This document shows, piece after piece, positions 57,376-64,000 of a stretch of 64,000 nt of DNA (the stretch's first letter is position 1; each line of letters begins with the position of its first letter). The position numbers and the translations under genes are program-made. Under the pieces are notes generated by a model. It did not search any database and was not told where the DNA came from. It saw only the letters and a list, made by a program, of their open reading frames with translations. The stretch is from a virus: positions 17,510 through 81,509 of the IMG/VR virus record IMGVR_UViG_3300031885_000004; one strand, 5' to 3'.

Positions 57376-57705
57376 TCAACCATTTAGTTCGTGGCTCTTG
57401 ATCATATCTATTATTTTGTCAAGTGACCCAGGATCATATAAATCAACCTCACCTATGACATCTGCAGTGCCTGGGGTGAACAGGCTCATGCCATTGTCCG
57501 ATACCCATATCTGAGATGGCTCGCCGCCAACACTGATTGAGAAGCGCCCACCCGTAACGTAACTGGTCCGCGACTGAATTTGAATCTCATCGAACGGCTC
57601 TTTGAATTCGCAATCGATTCCTTTCGACTTCAAGTATTCATATATTAATTCTAACGGCTCAGCATCTGGACTCTTATACTCGGCAAGTAATTCTTTAAGT
57701 TTCAC
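57376..57705 (-). CDS. Hypothetical protein with MKL..E leader
   Basis: GTG start giving MKLKELLAE; CAAAAATA 4 nt upstream. Confidence 0.7.
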   Translation of the reverse strand: MKLKELLAEYKSPDAEPLELIYEYLKSKGIDCEFKEPFDEIQIQSRTSYVTGGRFSISVGGEPSQIWVSDNGMSLFTPGTADVIGEVDLYDPGSLDKIIDMIKSHELNG

Positions 57706-57818
57706 GCAATATTTTTGACCTTCCCACGCGGAAAATATTCGTCCGGAAAATGAGGATTCTCGAATCAGGGGACCCATCAAAAGTATTTCGTGGAGATCGA
57801 AAGTTTGGAGGAAGAATA

Positions 57819-58121
57819 ATGCGTATCGGAGTGGCACTACTTGCGTTGATGGTTGCGTTCTGCCTAAGCACTGGACCGAAGATGGTCCTAGCCGGAGACG
57901 ACACGAAGCAAGAAGTGAAGAAGGACGGTGACAAGGAAGTGAAGGATGGCGCCGACCTGGTTAAGAAAGGCGCCGAGCAGATCGTTGAAGGTGGGACCGC
58001 GACCGCCACGAGCTTCCTGAACAGCATTCCATGGTACGCCACCCCCATCGGGTTCGTCGTCGGATTCCTGATCGGGCTCGTGATCGGTAAGAAGAAGCCG
58101 TCCAATCACGGCAAGAAATAG
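57819..58121 (+). CDS. Small membrane protein (signal peptide plus C-terminal TM)
   Basis: GGAGG SD; hydrophobic termini; GC-rich third positions. Confidence 0.75.
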   Translation: MRIGVALLALMVAFCLSTGPKMVLAGDDTKQEVKKDGDKEVKDGADLVKKGAEQIVEGGTATATSFLNSIPWYATPIGFVVGFLIGLVIGKKKPSNHGKK

Positions 58122-58697
58122 TTACGACACCAGTTTGAAATGGATTTCCGTAACCTTAGCTTCGCTTATTAGGTTCTCTGGCTGGTCCATCATAAACGCC
58201 GACCCGGCTTGCACCAATATCTTCCCATCGCCGTCAAATATCACCCAATCCTTCGTAATGTCCCCAAAGTGCACGAACGCCGGGACGTACTCCGGATCGT
58301 AAATGTCCGCCTTCGTGCATGTCTCCCATATCTTATTTCTATTTCTGACCAGCGCAGTCTCCCGCGCCTTAATCTCCGCTATCATCGTTACATTCAGGAT
58401 GATATATTCGACCGCCTTCATAGGCTTTACTAATATCTGAGCGCTTATATAATTGTCGTTGCACTGTCCTACATTTACCCTGAACTGCATCTCTGGTATA
58501 CCAATGCCATCTATCGTCTCCTTTATCGTGTTTCTTAGCCCCATTCCGTCCGAGAATATTGTATCTCTCAGCGTCTTAGAGATTTCACTCTTCACCTTTT
58601 CTATAGTCGCCCAGTGCCTTAGGGAAATCAACCCAGACACCTGTTCCTTCTTTTTTGACGTTAACTCGTGCTCTGAGATTAGTCCTATTGATTTCAT
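58122..58697 (-). CDS. Hypothetical protein
   Basis: ATGA-coupled to the NADAR gene. Confidence 0.65.
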   Translation of the reverse strand: MKSIGLISEHELTSKKKEQVSGLISLRHWATIEKVKSEISKTLRDTIFSDGMGLRNTIKETIDGIGIPEMQFRVNVGQCNDNYISAQILVKPMKAVEYIILNVTMIAEIKARETALVRNRNKIWETCTKADIYDPEYVPAFVHFGDITKDWVIFDGDGKILVQAGSAFMMDQPENLISEAKVTEIHFKLVS

Positions 58698-59113
58698 TGT
58701 TCTTCCCTTATCTTCATCAATATCTTTCCCAGGTTATTGCTTCCCGTTCCCGTCCTTAGGTCAACTCCCCAGAACTTATCTCCCCACCTGTTGCCTTCCT
58801 CTAGTTCCGCATCACCCGTCTCGAGGAGCATCTTCCTTAATCCAGGGTCCTGGAACTTTCGCCTAACCAATTCTTCCATTATTTTGACCTTCACCTGTTC
58901 CCAATCTGGCCTCAGGGTGATCTTCCTACCCCTCTTCTTGGCCACTCCAGGCGTGTCTGAAACCCTTATCCATTCTCTTTCTGCATCGACTGTCGTCTTG
59001 GCAGCCTGGTAGGCGTGCTCTACCGAAGGGTATTGCACTCCCTCCAGCTCGACCTTTGCCTCCCAGAAGTTACTTAAGAATCTATATTCTCCCTGGAATT
59101 CAGCGATCTTCAC
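58694..59113 (-). CDS. NADAR (YbiA-like) family protein
   Basis: FLSNF, SVEHAYQAAK, AKKRG, W...K..IM....KF, LLETG..L.E, D.FWG, G.N.LG..LM..R; GTG start after GGAGG. Confidence 0.93.
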   Translation of the reverse strand: MKIAEFQGEYRFLSNFWEAKVELEGVQYPSVEHAYQAAKTTVDAEREWIRVSDTPGVAKKRGRKITLRPDWEQVKVKIMEELVRRKFQDPGLRKMLLETGDAELEEGNRWGDKFWGVDLRTGTGSNNLGKILMKIREEQ

Positions 59114-59577
59114 GGGTCCCTCCTTCGGGTCCTTTTTGGGTCCTTTATGGAGACGTGCTTCATCGTCAGGTCGCCGAACCCGAAGCACACCGGGCACATA
59201 ATTCCTCTATTGGTCATCGATCCGCAGGGCAGGAGATGCTGCCCGTCATCTGGGTATCCTATTTCTCCACGCCCTTCGCAGTTGGGGCAAGGTCTGTTCA
59301 TATTGCTGATCCGTAGGTATCTGTTTGCTTTAGGATTATAGAGGATATTTTCTAGAGTGATTTTTTGTAAGAACACTATCCTGCCTATGCCTATTGGCTC
59401 GTAGCTCTTCCACTCCCACCCAGATGGCTGCTCCTTGAACAACACCCCGAAGACATAGGGTCCTCCCACGTATATTGCTGCCTCGAAACGACTTGTAAAA
59501 TACATTCCGACACTAAATCCCTCTTTAATAATTATATCGGCTTTCTCCTGTGTCGTTCCGTGATAGGCAATAATCAT
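59110..59577 (-). CDS. ART-like (YHGT) protein with C-terminal CxxCxGxG zinc finger
   Basis: AYHGT...I..EGF..G.YFT...A..Y; CPNCEGRG, CPVCFGFG. Confidence 0.65.
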   Translation of the reverse strand: MIIAYHGTTQEKADIIIKEGFSVGMYFTSRFEAAIYVGGPYVFGVLFKEQPSGWEWKSYEPIGIGRIVFLQKITLENILYNPKANRYLRISNMNRPCPNCEGRGEIGYPDDGQHLLPCGSMTNRGIMCPVCFGFGDLTMKHVSIKDPKRTRRRDP

Positions 59578-59655
59578 ATCATAATTTTGGGTCGAGGCAT
59601 TGCTGCAGCCATACTTGTTAGATACTTAAGGAGCAAATGTAGTTCGGAGATGAAT

Positions 59656-60267
59656 ATGAAGCTCATAATATTATATGAAGGATGGGAAGAGCTTGGTATC
59701 GAAGACCCATTCATAAATGCGTTCAATGTATCATATACGATATACGATGCTATATTAAATAATCCTATTGGAACGCACCACAAAATTATGAAAGAATACT
59801 CTAATACGTATAAAGCATGGCGTCTGCACGCAGCTAGTTCTGTTGATGATTTTCGTGCCGCAGAAAGAAAGTTAGAAGGTGTTACTCCACCAGATGTATC
59901 ATTTCACAAATCCGGCGATGAGATTACAGTGTTCATACCAATACTAGAAACCTATACTGACATACATCAGCAGTTTGGCAATAGGGCTTATTTAAATCTT
60001 CGTATAAGATGCAATTGTGGTCTAAGATCCGTTAGTTGTCATCTTGAATCTGATTTAATAGCTAACAGCCGAGGAACCAATACAAAATTACATACAGTAA
60101 CAGACGATGCGGTTGGATCAGAAGAGGTAATATATCGCTCAGTGAAGCAGTTTGTTAGTGAAGTCCGGGATACTGCCGCGAGAGTATTGGTTGGCGAAAC
60201 TAAAGGAACACCAGAACATCTAATAGAACCAGGGACTATGATAGAATTTGACCCCGATGTACATTAA
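59656..60267 (+). CDS. Hypothetical protein with MKL..E leader
   Basis: MKLIILYEGWEELGIEDP. Confidence 0.75.
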   Translation: MKLIILYEGWEELGIEDPFINAFNVSYTIYDAILNNPIGTHHKIMKEYSNTYKAWRLHAASSVDDFRAAERKLEGVTPPDVSFHKSGDEITVFIPILETYTDIHQQFGNRAYLNLRIRCNCGLRSVSCHLESDLIANSRGTNTKLHTVTDDAVGSEEVIYRSVKQFVSEVRDTAARVLVGETKGTPEHLIEPGTMIEFDPDVH

Positions 60268-60307
60268 TATATATATCTCTCCACGCGGAAAATATCTTTC
60301 GTCTGCC

Positions 60308-60485
60308 GCATCTCAGACCATAATGCATCTCAGACCATAACACATCTCAGACCACGCATCTCAGACCACGCATCTCAGACCATAACGCATCTCAGACCAC
60401 CATCTCAGACCACGCATCTCAACCACGCATCTCAGACCACCATCTCAGACCATAATGCATCTCAGACCATAATGCATCTCAGACC
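60308..60485. repeat. Tandem array of 12 CATCTCAGACC units with 13-17 bp period
   Basis: 11 exact copies plus one variant; flanked by direct repeats at 60258-60296 and 60488-60527. Confidence 0.95.
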
Positions 60486-60659
60486 TTTGTACATTAGTAT
60501 ATATGCCGCTTCCACGCGGAAAATATCGCTCGCTTGAAAGAAAATAGAGGACCTGGGTGGGGATCCCCCATCCCCCTCCCCATGGTCCCCATCCCCTCCC
60601 CCCCTCTCCGGGAAGTACCAGAATATTCTGTGTGTGGTACTTGGCGCGGGGCGGCTCGA

Positions 60660-60817
60660 CCGGCGGCGGGGCGGCGGCGCGGGGGGGCGCGGGCGCGGGG
60701 GCGCGGGGCGGCGCGGGGCGGCGCGGGCGCGGGGCGCGGGGCGGCGCGGGGGCGCGGCCCGGCCCGGCGGCCCGGCGGCCCGGCGCGGCCCGGCCCGGCG
60801 CGGCCCGGCCCGGCCCG
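60660..60817. repeat. Tract of about 158 nt containing only G and C
   Basis: Visible directly in the sequence. Confidence 0.9.
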
Positions 60818-60883
60818 AGCCCGGACAACGGGAAACCGACCGCCCCGGCGATTGACCGGGGAGGCGGCAGATAGAGGTGGAGC

Positions 60884-61273
60884 ATGTTCACCATTCCCGA
60901 CGTCCGTCCCGACAGCGCTCAGGTTCAGCACCCGGCGGTCTCGGAGTACACCCTGAAGGTGTACGCCGCCCGCTACCCGGCGATCAAGTTCGTCGGAACC
61001 GACACGTGGACGCTCCCCGAAGAGCACGGGAAGAAGGGAGTCCTCGTCCAGTGCCAGTGCGGGAAGGTGGTCTTCCGCAGGACCTCGGACCTGCACACCT
61101 TCGTCGGGTGCCTGATCTGCAAGCCTGCGATCCGCGCCACCTCCGGTGCGGAGCGCAAGCTCGAGCGGACCCTGGGCATGCTGAAGGCCCTCGAGGAGGC
61201 CAAGGCCATCGAGGCGGCGCGGATCGCCGCCGCCAAGGCCCTCGTCGAGGGGGGCGGCACGACCGCCACCTAG
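60884..61273 (+). CDS. Hypothetical (putative early) protein with CxC/CxxC motifs
   Basis: GAGGTGGAG SD; strong GC3 bias. Confidence 0.75.
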   Translation: MFTIPDVRPDSAQVQHPAVSEYTLKVYAARYPAIKFVGTDTWTLPEEHGKKGVLVQCQCGKVVFRRTSDLHTFVGCLICKPAIRATSGAERKLERTLGMLKALEEAKAIEAARIAAAKALVEGGGTTAT

Positions 61274-62196
61274 GGACGGACTCCACCCTGCGGACTGGGC
61301 CGGGGGACCTCTCCCCCGGCCCTTTCTGCATGGGCGGCGGACATGTGGGGACACCCTATATAGGGTACCACACACGTCCGCGAGGACAGGCCGACGTGTT
61401 AACTCACAAACATTATATTGGTTAACACACGTCTTGCCCGGCCCGGCCACGGGATTTTTATTGTTAAATTAACACACAAATAATATATTGTTAACACACG
61501 TTATATCCTCTTTGCTTTCACTGCTGACGACCATCTTGAATTGGTTGTGGGACCGCGATGAAAGACCCCTTCTCGGGGGGCGGCGGGGCCGGTGGTCCGG
61601 GGGCGGCGCGGCGGCCCCCGAGAAGGGGCCGCCTGGTGATTTGGGTGAGGCTTCAGAGGGTTCTGCATGATTCTCGTGACCGTGCGTGGCCGAGCGAGTG
61701 CCAAAGTGGTGCCGAGATCCGGCTCTCTGAAGGTCTCCCTACTTTTTGAGGCAAGTGCCGAGGAGGGATTATGCGTTAATCATTTCAAAGGGCTCCAAAT
61801 CAGAAGTGCAGCGTCTACGACGATCGATCTATTCATCAGCAGCGGGTAGGGCCTAACGGACCTGCCCGCTTTTAGACCCTCCACTCTATCGAAGCATTCG
61901 AGGCGGGGCTCGGCGCTCCGCCCGAATGCGTAGACTGGCTGCTCTTGGGTAGCCGGTCTACGCATTCGTATTCGTACATCACAGGGCTGATAACATACCA
62001 CGTGGCGGCGCAGGCCGCTCAGTACATCACACCCTCGGTGGGCGGAATCGGCGATCCGCGTTTTAATGACTGCAATTCTTCCCCCTACTTGTATGTGGGG
62101 GAAGCGCGGTCCGACGTTGCGCTCACCTATTTTGTACACCACACCGGTTCCACGTGGAACGCGGTGTTAGGAAGGTTTGTTTGTGGAGGGGTCAAC

Positions 62197-62400
62197 ATGA
62201 AGAGCGACTGGATCTGCGACTGCGGGCGGCGGAAGAAGGCCGGGACGGCGGTGTGCTCGGGGTGCAAGAGCGAGTCGAAGGCCCTCGAGAAGGGCAAGAT
62301 GGATCGCGTTCTCAAGTTCGCGGCGGGCCGCTTCTTCTACGAGTTCAGCGACCCGGCGAACATCCAGACCGGCCTGGTGGTCGCGTACAAGGCCAAGTAA
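62197..62400 (+). CDS. Small Zn-finger protein
   Basis: GGAGG SD; CDCG...CSGC. Confidence 0.75.
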   Translation: MKSDWICDCGRRKKAGTAVCSGCKSESKALEKGKMDRVLKFAAGRFFYEFSDPANIQTGLVVAYKAK

Positions 62401-62421
62401 CATCACACGGGGCGTTCGATT

Positions 62422-62448
62422 GGGGCGGCCATTGGCCGCCCCTTTTTT
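62422..62448 (+). terminator. Intrinsic terminator
   Basis: GGGGCGGCCA-T-TGGCCGCCCC followed by T6. Confidence 0.85.
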
Positions 62449-62451
62449 GTG

Positions 62452-62498
62452 TATAAGAATCAACGCCCACGAAGAGCCCCTCCTCGCGGCGCGGCGGG
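62452..62498 (+). repeat. 47-bp direct repeat, copy 1 (copy 2 at about 63156-63202)
   Basis: TATAAGAATCAACGCCCACGAAGAGCCCCTCCTCGCGGCGCGGCGGG occurs twice. Confidence 0.9.
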
Positions 62499-62596
62499 CG
62501 CGGCGGCGGGGGGGCGGCGGGCCGAGCCGCCCGGCGCGGGGGCGCGGGGCGGGGGTTGCCCTTTGTGTTCGGTGTCGATTTTGCGGAGGGTTACAC

Positions 62597-62971
62597 ATGG
62601 TCAAGTTCAAGTCGGGAATGCAGGCCAAGATCGTCGGGAACAGCGGCAACCATTCGCTCCCTGACGGTGAGATCGTCACGCTCACCCAGCGCATGGCGAA
62701 CGGAATGTGGATGACCGACCGGGGGGTCTACGTCAACCTCCGGGACATCAAGGCCATCGAGCTCACGGAGAGGGAAATCCAGGAGGAGATCGCGAAGCTC
62801 AAGGCCGAGGTCGACGTCCTCGAGGCTCGCGTCCGGTGGATGAAGGAGACGAACACGGCGCAATACGACGAGACGGAGTTCAAGGTCTGGATGACCTTGA
62901 AGGCGATGGACAAGAAGATGAGCCCGATCGAGCGCGCCCGCATGATCGCCCGCATCATCAAGGGCGAGTAA
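62597..62971 (+). CDS. Hypothetical protein (SH3-like N-terminus plus coiled coil)
   Basis: GGAGG SD; GC3 bias. Confidence 0.8.
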   Translation: MVKFKSGMQAKIVGNSGNHSLPDGEIVTLTQRMANGMWMTDRGVYVNLRDIKAIELTEREIQEEIAKLKAEVDVLEARVRWMKETNTAQYDETEFKVWMTLKAMDKKMSPIERARMIARIIKGE

Positions 62972-63023
62972 GCCCAGCGGGCACCACACGCCGGGGCGGG
63001 GGCAACCCCGCCCCGGTTTCGTC

Positions 63024-63095
63024 GGCCTTGCCCCACCGGATAATAGCCCGGTTGAGGGAAGGTGAAAGGGGGTTCGATTCCCCTCAAGGCCGCCA
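63024..63095 (+). ncRNA. tRNA-like RNA lacking a canonical D-arm
   Basis: Acceptor stem GGCCTTG/CAAGGCC, G-CCA end, T-arm GGGGG-TTCGATT-CCCCT, atypical middle section. Confidence 0.6.
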
Positions 63096-63109
63096 GACCC
63101 ACCTTCGCT

Positions 63110-63152
63110 AGGCGGAGGCAAGGATTTTGATCGCCTTGCCTCCGCCTTTTTT
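63110..63152 (+). terminator. Intrinsic terminator
   Basis: AGGCGGAGGCAAGG...CCTTGCCTCCGCCT followed by a T-run. Confidence 0.85.
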
Positions 63153-63271
63153 GTTTATAAGAATCAACGCCCACGAAGAGCCCCTCCTCGCGGCGCGGCG
63201 GGGGCGGCGGCGCGGCGGCGGGCGGGGCGCTGTTGCCCGCGCCGGGGGCCAACAGTTTTGCGGAGGGTCAC

Positions 63272-63538
63272 ATGACTAAGACCAAGAAATGCGGAAAATG
63301 CAAGTTCATCAACAAGGAAACCCACAAGAAATGCAAGAAGAGCGCGTCGTCGCCCACGTCGAGGTTCTGCACGGCTCATCGGGGTGTCATCCTTCGGGAC
63401 ATGCGTGAGTCAGGTTACCTTGACGGATGGGATCCGAAGTTGGCGCACACGAACAGCAAGGTGAACGTGATCGACGACAAGATCCGCGAGGCGTTCACCA
63501 CCAAGGTGAAGCTTGAGGAGGTGGGCCTGGTCGACTAA
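63272..63538 (+). CDS. Hypothetical protein with Cys/His motif
   Basis: GGAGG SD. Confidence 0.7.
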   Translation: MTKTKKCGKCKFINKETHKKCKKSASSPTSRFCTAHRGVILRDMRESGYLDGWDPKLAHTNSKVNVIDDKIREAFTTKVKLEEVGLVD

Positions 63539-63567
63539 CCCAGCCCGGCCTGACTTCGTCCTCGGTT

Positions 63568-63639
63568 TCGGGGGTCGTCCAACCGGCAGGACATGGGACT
63601 TTGGATCCCAGAATTGAGGTTCGATTCCTCACCCCCGAG
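63568..63639 (+). tRNA. tRNA-Gln(TTG)
   Basis: TCGGGGG/CCCCCGA acceptor, GTCC/GGAC D-stem, TGGGA-CTTTGGA-TCCCA anticodon arm, TGAGG-TTCGATT-CCTCA T-arm; CCA not encoded. Confidence 0.93.
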
Positions 63640-63664
63640 TTAGGTCCAATTGGAGGGAATACAC

Positions 63665-63946
63665 ATGAGTCTGAAATTCTCCAAGCTGATCCAGGAAGCT
63701 CTTGCGGAACTGGAAGAAGCGGGCGGAGACCCATCAGAGCTGTCGGCCAGTTCCTGCACGTCTGGGTACAACAACGACGGATCGACGGGGTTCGACATCT
63801 TCGAGAACGGATATCAGCTCGGCCAGGAAGCCGGTGACCAGTCGGTTTGGCACGCCGACAGCAATGACGGGGAGGTCGTTTACTTCTTCATCGGTGACGA
63901 AAAGGACATCGTCGTCAAGATCAAGGCCGCGCACACGGGTGTGTAA
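63665..63946 (+). CDS. Acidic hypothetical protein
   Basis: GGAGG SD; GC3 bias. Confidence 0.75.
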   Translation: MSLKFSKLIQEALAELEEAGGDPSELSASSCTSGYNNDGSTGFDIFENGYQLGQEAGDQSVWHADSNDGEVVYFFIGDEKDIVVKIKAAHTGV

Positions 63947-64000
63947 AGGACTGGAGGATCACATGAAAACGCCACCAGGCGTCACGGTCGATGACAGGGG

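Noticed and set aside
323-59341. Many short antisense or alternate-frame ORFs in the track (for example 1739-2353, 6584-6910, 17497-17964, 41019-41597)
   Set aside because: They are shadows of better-supported genes and have no SD or domain motifs.
60308-60485. Possible CRISPR array
   Set aside because: The units are 11 bp separated by only 2-6 nt, with no unique spacers, and no cas genes are present.
60445-61450. Long Gly/Arg/Pro/Ala ORFs (60445-60894, 60494-61450, 60534-60956, 60877-61425)
   Set aside because: These arise from stop-free GC tracts; only 60884-61273 has an SD and coherent GC3 bias.
62560-62590. Sigma54 promoter (GG-N10-GC)
   Set aside because: It fits only one of the two cassette copies and would place the TSS downstream of the SD.
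1-64000. Stop-codon recoding, DGR or retron system
   Set aside because: Conserved genes are intact under code 11 with all three stops used, and no reverse transcriptase is present.

Overview
The window is a fragment of a large T4-like or jumbo tailed-phage genome using standard code 11. It is AT-rich up to about 57.7 kb and very GC-rich from about 60.55 kb. Replication and recombination genes include a DnaE encoded as two separate genes (the second carries a 400-aa intein), RecA, a DnaB-like helicase, a short family A polymerase, a separate 5'-3' exonuclease, a gp32-like SSB, a UvsY-like protein, SbcC/SbcD and a family 4 UDG. Other content includes a PurZ-like synthetase beside DeoC-like and NDT-like genes, glycosyltransferases, two sigma-like genes, DksA/TraR, ART-like and NADAR genes, tRNA-Gln and many hypothetical genes. 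Main observations: (1) unrelated cargo domains share conserved leader peptides ('IA(K/R)LITEDPD' in 9 proteins, 'MKLxxLxE'-like in about 8), resembling capsid-targeting and prohead-protease signals. (2) A LAGLIDADG endonuclease is encoded in the +1 frame inside the still-open DnaE intein, with its own SD and a putative late promoter. (3) The PurZ cluster has no recognisable datZ or mazZ in this window. (4) The GC-rich end holds an iteron-like array, A/T-free tracts, repeated expression cassettes and a tRNA-like RNA lacking a D-arm. All calls come from manual motif recognition; no database searches were run.
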